Assembly (NCBI GenBank): GCA_024691425.1 | Contig: JAILNQ010000125.1 | Span: forward strand, 7,736 to 71,735 | From: Lachnospiraceae bacterium | Lineage (GTDB): Bacteria; Bacillota; Clostridia; Lachnospirales; Lachnospiraceae | Length of the DNA: 64,000 nt | Reading direction: 5' to 3' | Shown: one piece after another, positions 27,128-35,756 of the stretch | How positions within the stretch are numbered: position 1 is the stretch's first letter | Layout: the number at the start of each line of letters is the position of its first letter | Notes under the pieces: generated by a model | The model's database searches: none | What the model was told of the DNA's origin: nothing | The model's input: the letters and a program-made list of their open reading frames with translations, nothing else | Program-made: the position numbers and the translations under genes

Positions 27128-28462
27128 ATGAATGTTTGTCTTCTTAACGATTCATTTCCGCCTGTAATAGACGGTGTTGCAAACACGGTGAAGAATTACG
27201 CCGATATACTTCAGGGTGACGGACTTGCCGATGTGCTCGTCGGAACCCCGAAGTATCCAGGAGCCGATTACGACCGGTATCCGTACAAGGTTGTGCCGTA
27301 CAAGAGCTTTGACACAACGCGTATCGTAAACGGATACAGGGCGGGCAATCCTTTTGTCATAAAAGAGCTCATCGATATGGAGGATTTTGCTCCGGACATA
27401 ATCCATTCACATTGCCCGGCAGTGTCCAATGTGCTCGCCAGAGCGCTCCGGACAAGGCTTGAGGCCCCTATCGTTTTTACTTACCATACAAAATTCGATG
27501 TGGATATCGCAAAAGCCTTAAAGACCGATTTTCTCCGTAAGGAGACGGTCCGCGCGCTCGTCTCGAACATCGAGGCATGCGATGAGGTGTGGACAGTGAG
27601 TCACGGCGCGGGCGAAAATCTGCGCTCTCTCGGCTATGAAGGCGAGTACAGGGTTGTCAGCAACGGTGTGGATTTCCCGAAGGGAAAGGTCGATGAAAAA
27701 ACCGTGCATGAAACCGTGCGCGACTATGACCTTCCGGACGGAGTGCCTGTTTTTCTGTTCGTCGGAAGGATCATGAAATACAAAGGACTTCCTCTTATCA
27801 TAGATGCGCTTTCAATGCTTGCGGCTGACGGGACGGATTTTAGGATGGTATTCGTCGGAGGCGGCCCGGATCTTGATGAGATAAAAGATATGGCCGAAAA
27901 AGCCGGGATATACAGCCCCTCCGACTCTAGCAGATGCATATTCACCGGCCCCGTATACGACAGGCTTAAGCTCAGAGCATGGAATACGAGGGCAGATCTG
28001 TTCCTGTTCCCCTCGACCTATGACACGAACGGAATAGTAGTAAGGGAGGCCGCCGCGTGCGGTCTTGCGAGCGTTCTCATAAAGGACAGCTGCGCCGCTG
28101 AAGGAATAACGCATGACCGTAACGGATTCATCATAGACGAGACGCCGGAAAGCATGCACGCGCTTCTTCTTGAGCTTTCAGGAAAAATAGATCATATGAG
28201 CTCTGTCGGAGATAATGCCATGGATGAAATATACATTTCATGGACGGACAGCGTGCATGAAGCTTATGAGCGCTATAACGTGATCATAGACAACAAACGC
28301 GCAGGCCTGTACAACACTAAGCGACACAAACTTGCGGGAACGGTCATCGAGTTCACGGATGACGTCATCTATGAGCTGCGGGAGCTTTTCAAGATCCCCG
28401 TCAGGTTGTTCGACGACATGCGCGATAACGTTGAGGATTTCTTTTACGGAGGCAGGTCATGA
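27128..28462 (+). CDS. GT4-family glycosyltransferase (glycolipid-synthase-like)
   Basis: ATG 27128 comes just after the upstream stop. N-terminus MNVCLLNDSFPPVIDGVANTV resembles GT4 glucosyl-diacylglycerol synthases. C-terminal region contains ...NGIVVREAAACG. Confidence 0.8.
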   Translation: MNVCLLNDSFPPVIDGVANTVKNYADILQGDGLADVLVGTPKYPGADYDRYPYKVVPYKSFDTTRIVNGYRAGNPFVIKELIDMEDFAPDIIHSHCPAVSNVLARALRTRLEAPIVFTYHTKFDVDIAKALKTDFLRKETVRALVSNIEACDEVWTVSHGAGENLRSLGYEGEYRVVSNGVDFPKGKVDEKTVHETVRDYDLPDGVPVFLFVGRIMKYKGLPLIIDALSMLAADGTDFRMVFVGGGPDLDEIKDMAEKAGIYSPSDSSRCIFTGPVYDRLKLRAWNTRADLFLFPSTYDTNGIVVREAAACGLASVLIKDSCAAEGITHDRNGFIIDETPESMHALLLELSGKIDHMSSVGDNAMDEIYISWTDSVHEAYERYNVIIDNKRAGLYNTKRHKLAGTVIEFTDDVIYELRELFKIPVRLFDDMRDNVEDFFYGGRS

Positions 28463-30105
28463 AAGACTGGTACAAGAAGATGTCTTTTTACCAGATATGG
28501 GTAAGAAGCTTTTATGATGGCAACGGCGACGGGATAGGAGATCTGTACGGCGTGTACGAGAAGCTCGAGTACATAAAAAGCCTCGGCGTAGACGGAATAT
28601 GGTTCTCTCCGATATATCCTTCCCCTAATGCCGATTACGGCTATGACATATCGGATTACAAGAATATACATCCCGAATACGGCGATCTTGCACAGTTTCG
28701 GAAAGTGCTCGATAAGGCGCATGAGTTAGGACTTAAGGTGATAATGGACCTCGTCGTCAATCATACGTCCGACGAGCATGAGTGGTTCAAAGAAAGCAGG
28801 AAGAGCAGGAACAATCCCTACAGCGATTATTACATATGGCGTGATGCGAAGCACGGGAAGCTCCCGAACAACTGGGACAGCCTTTTCGAAGGCAAAGCAT
28901 GGGAATATGTGCCCGAGCGGGATCAGTATTATCTGCATCTTTTCGCGAAGAAACAGCCCGACCTTAACATGGACAACCCGAAGGTGCGCGAGGAAGTGAA
29001 ATCGATCATGCGTTTCTGGCTCGAGATGGGAGTCGACGGGTTCAGGGAGGATGTCATCAACTTCATTTCAAAGGCGGAAGGTCTTCCGAACGGCTATCCG
29101 TTCATCCCGATGGCGAACGGGATGCGTCACTACAAGGACGGTCCGCATATATACGAGTATCTTACGGAATTCCGCAAAGTCGCCGAGGAATATGACTGCT
29201 TCCTTCTCGGCGAGGGGCCGATGACTACAACGAAATCGGCGCTCAAGTATCTTTCGGGGAAAGAGAAGACGCTCGACCTCATGTTCCATTTCGAGCACAT
29301 GATGGCGGACTGCTTCATGACCGAGTACATGCACAGGCCTTTTAAGCTCACGAAGCTAAAGAAGGCGTTCTCGAAGTGGCAGTACGAGCTCGAGGGCAAG
29401 GCATGGAATACTCTCTACCTCGAAAATCATGATCATCCGCGCATAATAAGCCGCTACGGCGATGACAAGCGATTCCACCGCGAGAGCGGGACGATGCTCG
29501 CCGTGTGCTATCTGTTCCAGCAGGGAACCCCGTTCATCTATCAGGGACAGGAGATAGGGATGACGAACATAAAGCTGTCATCGATAGAGCAGTACGTTGA
29601 TGTTTCGTCGAAGACCAACTATCACAGGTTCCATACGAAGGATCCGATCGAGAAGAGGATGGAGCGTATATACCGCTCGAGCCGCGACAGTGCCCGCACG
29701 CCGATGCAGTGGGACCGTTCGGAGAATGCAGGATTCACTAAAGGAAGGCCGTGGTTCTACGTCAATCCGAATTACAGAAGGATCAACGTGAAGGCCGAAG
29801 AGGCGGATGAGTACAGCATACTGAATTTCTACAGGAAATGCCTGAAGTTCAGAAAGCATAATGAAGCTGCTCTCTGGGGAACCTACAGGGAATATTTTAA
29901 ACTGAATAACTACCTATATATATATGAAAGAAGTTATAAAGGAAAGAAGATTCTCGTAGTATGTTCGTTTGCTGACCGGGACATTTTGTGGAAGCTTCCG
30001 AGTCAATTCGCTGGCCGGAAGGGTAAACTTGTCCTGTGCAATTATCCTGTGCATACCGTCCGCACCCTTCAGCCGTACGAGGCAAGGGTATACGTCATAA
30101 GCTGA
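28459..30105 (+). CDS. GH13 alpha-glucosidase (oligo-1,6-glucosidase / trehalose-6-phosphate hydrolase-like)
   Basis: 548 aa with ATGA overlap on the GT4 gene. FYQIWVRSFYDGNGDGIGDL, DLVVNHTSDEH, GFREDVINF and YLENHDHPR are GH13 conserved regions I-IV. Confidence 0.9.
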   Translation: MKDWYKKMSFYQIWVRSFYDGNGDGIGDLYGVYEKLEYIKSLGVDGIWFSPIYPSPNADYGYDISDYKNIHPEYGDLAQFRKVLDKAHELGLKVIMDLVVNHTSDEHEWFKESRKSRNNPYSDYYIWRDAKHGKLPNNWDSLFEGKAWEYVPERDQYYLHLFAKKQPDLNMDNPKVREEVKSIMRFWLEMGVDGFREDVINFISKAEGLPNGYPFIPMANGMRHYKDGPHIYEYLTEFRKVAEEYDCFLLGEGPMTTTKSALKYLSGKEKTLDLMFHFEHMMADCFMTEYMHRPFKLTKLKKAFSKWQYELEGKAWNTLYLENHDHPRIISRYGDDKRFHRESGTMLAVCYLFQQGTPFIYQGQEIGMTNIKLSSIEQYVDVSSKTNYHRFHTKDPIEKRMERIYRSSRDSARTPMQWDRSENAGFTKGRPWFYVNPNYRRINVKAEEADEYSILNFYRKCLKFRKHNEAALWGTYREYFKLNNYLYIYERSYKGKKILVVCSFADRDILWKLPSQFAGRKGKLVLCNYPVHTVRTLQPYEARVYVIS

Positions 30106-30663
30106 TCAGAGATTTTCGGCCCTTCTGCCGACGATCTTCAGGACGATGAATGCGTACACGCTTCCGACTAAAGCAGCGAACAGCTGGACGAGTGAGAAGG
30201 AGAACTGCAGTGCTGCTAGTTTCCCCATCATTGCTTCGGGCAGCATGTTCGGAAGAATGATGAGCGAAATAACGATTCCCATGAACGCTGACTTGGCGAC
30301 GCTGCCGGTCAGCATGGAAAGGGGAAGCATGAAACCGTTCAATCTGCCCATGCCGTCCTTCTTGCCAAGAAGAGCGACTGCGGCCGCTAATATTGCATTG
30401 CCTGCCATTATGCAGGGTACAACGATCGGAATCGTCTGATGGACCGGATTAGGAGATATGAAATATGCGGCGACGGGGGTTATGATCGAAAGTATCACGC
30501 CCCAGATAAGCCCGCACAGGTAAGTGTCGATAATTATGCATGCGTTCACGATGGCTCCTGTTATGAATATCACGAATACGCTGCCCGCTCCTTTAACAAC
30601 CATGCTTATCATTGCGATAGCGAGGAGCATTGCTGAATAAGTCAGCTTCCTTAAGTCTTTCAT
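30106..30663 (-). CDS. small polytopic membrane protein, ECF-transporter S-component-like
   Basis: 185 aa and 5-6 TM segments. The N-terminus MKDLRKLTYSAMLLAIAMISM resembles ECF S components. The substrate cannot be assigned. Confidence 0.55.
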   Translation of the reverse strand: MKDLRKLTYSAMLLAIAMISMVVKGAGSVFVIFITGAIVNACIIIDTYLCGLIWGVILSIITPVAAYFISPNPVHQTIPIVVPCIMAGNAILAAAVALLGKKDGMGRLNGFMLPLSMLTGSVAKSAFMGIVISLIILPNMLPEAMMGKLAALQFSFSLVQLFAALVGSVYAFIVLKIVGRRAENL

Positions 30664-30709
30664 CTGTTATTACCCTTTCTGAATTGATAATAAAATATCA
30701 TTCGACTAG

Positions 30710-30737
30710 ATTATAGTACATTGTTAGCGATAATCAA
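30710..30737 (-). promoter_or_regulatory. sigma-A-type promoter for the minus-strand membrane protein gene
   Basis: On the minus strand: TTGATT (comp. 30732-30737), 16 nt, TATAAT (comp. 30710-30715). The leader is only ~45 nt. Confidence 0.5.
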
Positions 30738-30826
30738 CAGCCTTTTCGGAAACCGTCATATTACGTATGGAATTTTCGGGTGCGATATTGTAAAATGAAA
30801 CCGATTCAAAATACAGGGGATAGGAC

Positions 30827-31696
30827 ATGATCTACATTATGTACAATCCGCTGGCGGGTAACAGCACATGCGAGGAAACGTGCAGGTCCGTCGGCGATAT
30901 TTTCAGCTTTGACGAGAAACGCTATATCGATCTTCTTTCGATAGATGACCTTGAGGAGTTCATCAGGATGATGAAACCCGAGGATCAGATAATCATATGC
31001 GGTGGAGACGGAACGCTCAATTATCTGATCAATTCCATCAATACGGCAGAACTCGAGCAGGATATATTCTATTATCCCGGTGGCAGCGGAAATGATTTTT
31101 ACCATGATGTTGATGAAGAGGGAACAAACGGCGTTTACAGGATCAACATGTACTTAAAATGCATCCCGACGGTCAAGGTCAAGGGCATGGAGAAGCTTTT
31201 CATCAACGGCATCGGCTTCGGAATAGACGGCTACTGCTGCGAGGAAGGCGATAAGAAGAGAGTGGTGCACCCCGGAAAGAGAGTCAATTATTCGATCATT
31301 GCTCTCAAAGGCCTTGCATATGATTTCAAGCGCGTGAACGCGAAAGTCACTGTTGACGGCGTTACGAAGGAATTCAAGGATGTCTGGATGGCGCCGACGA
31401 TGAACGGAAGGTTCTACGGAGGCGGCATGATGTGCGCGCCGAACCAGGACCGCATGAACGAGGACGGACTTGTATCCGTATTAGTTGTTCATACGAAATT
31501 CAGGCTCCTGCTACTTATGGCTTTTGCATCGGTTTTCAAGGGGAAGCACGTCAAATACACGAAGCTTGTTACTGAAATGTTCGGCAGCGACGTGAAGGTC
31601 GAGTTCGACAGACCGACAGCACTTCAGATAGACGGAGAGACCGTCACTGACGTTACGGAGTACGAGGTTCACAAGGATAAAAAAATAATCTGTTAA
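30827..31696 (+). CDS. diacylglycerol/lipid kinase family protein (YegS/BmrU-like)
   Basis: 289 aa. CGGDGTLNYLIN matches the DAGK catalytic-domain GGDGT motif. Confidence 0.85.
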   Translation: MIYIMYNPLAGNSTCEETCRSVGDIFSFDEKRYIDLLSIDDLEEFIRMMKPEDQIIICGGDGTLNYLINSINTAELEQDIFYYPGGSGNDFYHDVDEEGTNGVYRINMYLKCIPTVKVKGMEKLFINGIGFGIDGYCCEEGDKKRVVHPGKRVNYSIIALKGLAYDFKRVNAKVTVDGVTKEFKDVWMAPTMNGRFYGGGMMCAPNQDRMNEDGLVSVLVVHTKFRLLLLMAFASVFKGKHVKYTKLVTEMFGSDVKVEFDRPTALQIDGETVTDVTEYEVHKDKKIIC

Positions 31697-31740
31697 CATA
31701 AATAATAATTGTTGACATAACATAATATTAGCGTTACATT

Positions 31741-31769
31741 AAATGGTGTGGGCATTTCACACCATTTTT
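31741..31769 (+). terminator. intrinsic terminator
   Basis: AAATGGTGTG-GGCATTT-CACACCATTT, a 10-bp stem followed by a U-tract. Confidence 0.75.
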
Positions 31770-31813
31770 GCGTACTGTAAATTTTGTATCGGGAGAGAAA
31801 AGGGAGAAAAAAC

Positions 31814-34813
31814 ATGAAGGGATTAATCAAATTACTGGCAGGGTTATTCACGGCAGCAGTCTGCATGGCATCATTCAATATTGATGTATCTGCAGGAACG
31901 GGAATTTATGTAGGAAAGGACGCGAGCGCCGAAGGAACAACGCTCATCGGTGTTTCCGTTGAAGGGAATGTAGGCGAATCATGCGTTCCGGTGATAATCG
32001 AAAAAGGAGTCCTCAAAGAAGGAGACACGATAGATTCGTCGAACGGGTTCAGCTATACGCTGCCCGAGGACAGTGCAAGAGTAGTACTCGAGCGCATGAT
32101 GACATATACGGATTACGGTGACTGGAACTGCTGCGCATCCAATGAATACGGTGTTTCAGTTGCGGCTATAATCACTACGGGCGCAAGCATTGACGCACAG
32201 CTTGCGGATCCTTTTGTTTCCGAAGGAGTCAGCGAGGAGAAACTCGCTCAGATACTGGCCTCTACGTCAAAATCCGCTAAAGAAGCAGCTGAGCTTCTCT
32301 GCTCTCTGATCGATGAGAACGGTGCGGAATCGGCAGAGATAGTGCTCATCGCCGATCCTGAAGAAGCTTGGGCAGTTGAAAACTTCACCGGTCATCAGTA
32401 TGTAGCAAAGAAGCTGCCGGCTGACTGCATTGCAACGTTCGGAAGCGAGCCTATTTTCGCAAATGCGGATCCTGATGATGCGGATACCATCTGCTCAGAA
32501 GGACTTTTCTCACTCCCTGAAGAAAACGGTTTCGCCGTTTATGAAGGTGACGATACTCTCGACCTGATACTTACATATAACGAAGAGAACGATTATTCAA
32601 AAGAAGATCATTTAAGAGGATGGGTAGGACATGATCTGTTCGCACCTTCCGAGGAGCTTGCATATGATGCCGCTAAGGGATATGACGTGTTCTTTGTTCC
32701 CGACGAGGCAGTAAGCATAGCTGAAGCGTTCGATTTCTTCAGAAACAGATTTGAAGGTACGGATTACGATCTTTCAGATGAAGAGAATATGACATCATAT
32801 ATGGGGATCAACAATCAGTTCGTGTCTTCGGCCGATATCATTCAGGTATTTGATGGAGTTCCGGCCGAGATGTCCACGGTTATCTGGACGACACCTGCAA
32901 ACCCGACGGCATCTCCGTTCGTTCCGGTTCCTGTAATAACAGGACAGATTCCGGAAAGCTATGGCACGGATGTTACAGAAGACGCATATGCTGACGGCAT
33001 ACTCCAGTTTGAATTCGCTAAGCTCAACAATACAGTAATACAGAGAAGAGAAGCATACGGAAGATCGATCAGAGAGTACTGGGAAGGCATGGAAGCGCTC
33101 AGCGCGGCCGATGTTGCTAACCTCATGACCGGCGCATGGAAGGATGATTTCGAAGCATCACCTGAAAAGGCAGCTGAGGAAGCAAGCAGCTATGTTGAAA
33201 GTATCGTTTCAGGTGCAGGCGAAAACTGCGACAGGCTTTCTGATGAACTCGAATGGTATCTGTTCAAGAACGGAATAGTGATGGAATCTGTTCCGGATGA
33301 ACAGCTCGCTCCTTTCGAGTGCTCATTTGATGCGATCGCTTATGCTAACATGAGTGGATGGGATGCAACGGTTGAAGATAATCTTTTTACGGCCGAAAAG
33401 GACGGGAAGAAGATAGAAGTAGTACTTGACGGTGATGACAAGGGAACGGTTACATTCACAGGATTTGACGCCGAGAAGCTCGTAGAAGACTTCATGGCGG
33501 GCAAAGCTCCTGAATTCGATGATGTAGCAGAAACTGAAGAAGAACCTGAAGAGGTTGAAGAGACCGCCGAAACAGATGAAGCTGCTAAGGAGCCTGAAGC
33601 AGAAGATTCGGAAGCTGAGAGCGAAGATACAGAAGCTGCAGAAGAAGTTTCAGAAGAGCAGGCAGATGAGGAGGTTGTAAAGGCTGCAGCTGAAAAGCTT
33701 GAAGTTGACACGATCGCCGAACTCGGCAACTATTTCGCAGAGAAGATTTCATCAGTTCCTAGGGACGGATGGAGTGAAAACGAGATCGCCAGAGAAATAA
33801 ATGATATTTCGATCGGTGTTGTTGATATCATTAACAGGAATTTCAACATGGATCCTAATGAGCTCATTACAATGGATACGGCTCAGCTCGAAAAGAAGGG
33901 CAACGAGGTCGCATCCAACATAATCTCAGATCCTGCTCTCAATGAGCTCGGAGAGAAGATGGTGCTCGCAGGAATGGATCTTACGGGACTTACAGAGAAG
34001 TATTTCGCATCGCTCTATGAAGATGTGAGCGCTGATGTTGTATCAGGCAGGATCAACCAGCAGGGCGTAGAGAAGATCCTCATGGAAGCAGAGGCCAATA
34101 TCGAAGGCATTGCCAGGATATATCTCGAAGGACTCGAGGGAGCGTTCTCTGAAGTATTCGATACGGAGCTTACGGAAGAAGATATTACCGAACTTCTCAC
34201 TGATATAGGTGATGCGGCTGAGGTACTTGATGAATACGGTGTTATCGATCTCGACAGTTTAGGTCTCAAAGGACTTGAGCTCGAAGACCTTACGGAAGCT
34301 GACATCAATGTAGTTCTTACGCTCAACGGTCTTGATGAAGACGTTATCAACGGTCTTTCAGACCTTCTCGGTGTCGATGTAAGAACAATGCTCGACGGAT
34401 ACATGGACATGATCAATTCTTCAAATTCTAACATTAAGATCGTTGAAGAAAATCATGAAACTCCTGCCGCTGATTCGGCTCCCGATGAGGAAGTCATGAC
34501 TCTTATAGAACTTGAGGAAGAGCTTTCTGAGGATGACATAGTCATTCCTCAGGAGGTTATCGACCTGCTCAATGAGGCGATCTACGGTACGGCAAACCCG
34601 GATGAGGCAACGATCGCAGCAGTTGAAGCAGAGGTTGATGCGGCTTCTGCCGAGGAAAACGTTACGGCCGACGCAACGGATGCAGCTCCGGCAGATGCTC
34701 CCATAGCAGATGACACATCTGCCGATGATGCGTTCAGCGTAAGCATCGGCGGAGTGCTTCAGAACGGAGAACAGGTTCTCCTTCCCATTTACATGCTCAA
34801 GTATTTCAGCTGA
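31814..34813 (+). CDS. secreted C69 (dipeptidase)-like protein with a long acidic C-terminal extension
   Basis: ATG 31814 follows AGGGAGA. Sec signal MKGLIKLLAGLFTAAVCMASFNIDVSA. GTGIYVGKDASAEGTTLIG resembles the N-terminus of mature C69 peptidases. The C-terminal ~480 aa is extremely Asp/Glu-rich. Confidence 0.7.
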   Translation: MKGLIKLLAGLFTAAVCMASFNIDVSAGTGIYVGKDASAEGTTLIGVSVEGNVGESCVPVIIEKGVLKEGDTIDSSNGFSYTLPEDSARVVLERMMTYTDYGDWNCCASNEYGVSVAAIITTGASIDAQLADPFVSEGVSEEKLAQILASTSKSAKEAAELLCSLIDENGAESAEIVLIADPEEAWAVENFTGHQYVAKKLPADCIATFGSEPIFANADPDDADTICSEGLFSLPEENGFAVYEGDDTLDLILTYNEENDYSKEDHLRGWVGHDLFAPSEELAYDAAKGYDVFFVPDEAVSIAEAFDFFRNRFEGTDYDLSDEENMTSYMGINNQFVSSADIIQVFDGVPAEMSTVIWTTPANPTASPFVPVPVITGQIPESYGTDVTEDAYADGILQFEFAKLNNTVIQRREAYGRSIREYWEGMEALSAADVANLMTGAWKDDFEASPEKAAEEASSYVESIVSGAGENCDRLSDELEWYLFKNGIVMESVPDEQLAPFECSFDAIAYANMSGWDATVEDNLFTAEKDGKKIEVVLDGDDKGTVTFTGFDAEKLVEDFMAGKAPEFDDVAETEEEPEEVEETAETDEAAKEPEAEDSEAESEDTEAAEEVSEEQADEEVVKAAAEKLEVDTIAELGNYFAEKISSVPRDGWSENEIAREINDISIGVVDIINRNFNMDPNELITMDTAQLEKKGNEVASNIISDPALNELGEKMVLAGMDLTGLTEKYFASLYEDVSADVVSGRINQQGVEKILMEAEANIEGIARIYLEGLEGAFSEVFDTELTEEDITELLTDIGDAAEVLDEYGVIDLDSLGLKGLELEDLTEADINVVLTLNGLDEDVINGLSDLLGVDVRTMLDGYMDMINSSNSNIKIVEENHETPAADSAPDEEVMTLIELEEELSEDDIVIPQEVIDLLNEAIYGTANPDEATIAAVEAEVDAASAEENVTADATDAAPADAPIADDTSADDAFSVSIGGVLQNGEQVLLPIYMLKYFS

Positions 34814-34848
34814 CGGACAGATTGCAGGGACAGTTTTTAATATTCTGC

Positions 34849-34877
34849 TTGCTTTTTTGTTCCGATTCGTATAATAT
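34849..34877 (+). promoter_or_regulatory. candidate promoter for tRNA-Glu
   Basis: -35 TTGCTT (34849-34854). Two overlapping -10 candidates: TATAAT (34870-34875, 15-nt spacer) and TAATAT (34872-34877, 17-nt spacer). Confidence 0.45.
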
Positions 34878-34887
34878 GGTCAAGTAC

Positions 34888-34959
34888 GGCTCGTTGGTCA
34901 AGCGGTTAAGACGCCGCCCTCTCACGGCGGAAACAGGGGTTCGATTCCCCTACGAGCTG
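34888..34959 (+). tRNA. tRNA-Glu (anticodon CTC)
   Basis: 72-nt hand-folded cloverleaf. Anticodon stem CCGCC/GGCGG with loop CTCTCAC. 4-nt variable loop. T-arm AGGGG-TTCGATT-CCCCT. The core is nearly identical to the E. coli tRNA-Glu core. G1:U71 wobble pair. CCA is not encoded. Confidence 0.9.
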
Positions 34960-34979
34960 CTTACTTACTGTATGATCTG

Positions 34980-35014
34980 CCTCAGGGATTGCGATGCAAG
35001 CCTTGAGGTTTTTT
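34980..35014 (+). terminator. intrinsic terminator after tRNA-Glu
   Basis: CCTCAGGG...CCTTGAGG forms an 8-bp stem (one G:U pair) followed by TTTTTT at 35009-35014. Confidence 0.7.
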
Positions 35015-35034
35015 GAAATAGAGGATATTGGTAA

Positions 35035-35754
35035 ATGCTCAGTTTAGTTGATGTAAAGCTCGATCTTGAAACAAAGGACAACCTGATAAACGGTGTTTCT
35101 CTCGATATAATGCCCGGGAAACTGACCGTGATAACAGGTCCTAACGGAGGCGGAAAGACAAGCCTGGCAAAGCTTATAGCAGGCCTGTATGTGCCGACGT
35201 CAGGGAAAATACTGCTCGACGGTGAGGACATATCGCATCTGTCAGTTACAGACAGGGCAAAGAAGGGTATAGCATATGCATTCCAGCAGCCTGTGAGCTT
35301 CAAAGGCATCACGGTGCGTGAACTTCTTGAGATCGCCTCTGGAAATGAAATGTCTGAGATGAAGATGTGCAGGATACTTGAGAAAGTCGGCCTGTGCGCC
35401 AGGGAGTACATGGACCGCGAAATGGATTCTCATCTTTCCGGCGGAGAGATGAAGAGGATAGAGATCGCAACCGTCCTTTCCCGTCCTGCCAAGTACATAG
35501 TATTTGATGAGCCTGAGGCCGGAATAGACCTCTGGAGCTTCACCAGCCTCATAGATGCGTTTGAGACGCTGAAAAAGGATGAGGACAGGGCGCTCCTGAT
35601 AATATCCCATCAGGAGAGGATACTGCAGATAGCGGACTATATAGCGGTCATAAAGGACGGCCTGATAACACAGAGCGGAACGAAGGACGAAGTGCTTCCA
35701 GAGCTTATGGATGGCAGCAGGGGATACTGCCCCAAAGGGAAAGAGATATTCTGA
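35035..35754 (+). CDS. sufC: SufC-like Fe-S cluster assembly ABC ATPase
   Basis: 239 aa. Walker A GPNGGGKTS, signature LSGGEMKRIEIATVL (SufC-type LSGGExKR), Walker B YIVFDEPEAGID. Confidence 0.8.
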   Translation: MLSLVDVKLDLETKDNLINGVSLDIMPGKLTVITGPNGGGKTSLAKLIAGLYVPTSGKILLDGEDISHLSVTDRAKKGIAYAFQQPVSFKGITVRELLEIASGNEMSEMKMCRILEKVGLCAREYMDREMDSHLSGGEMKRIEIATVLSRPAKYIVFDEPEAGIDLWSFTSLIDAFETLKKDEDRALLIISHQERILQIADYIAVIKDGLITQSGTKDEVLPELMDGSRGYCPKGKEIF

Positions 35755-35756
35755 AT

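Noticed and set aside
30664-30826. Possible riboswitch upstream of the ECF S-component-like gene.
   Set aside because: A consensus promoter leaves only a ~45-nt leader. That is too short for THF, TPP, preQ1 or cobalamin aptamers, and I saw no conserved aptamer motif.
33340-34434. Two Ser-rich minus-strand ORFs (129 and 139 aa) and an apparent repeat-like GAA/GAG-rich DNA tract.
   Set aside because: They are the antisense reading of the Glu/Asp-rich tail of the C69-like gene. GAA/GAG codons read as TTC/CTC on the other strand, giving Ser/Phe/Leu runs. The DNA has no fixed repeat period, so it is low-complexity coding sequence rather than a tandem repeat.
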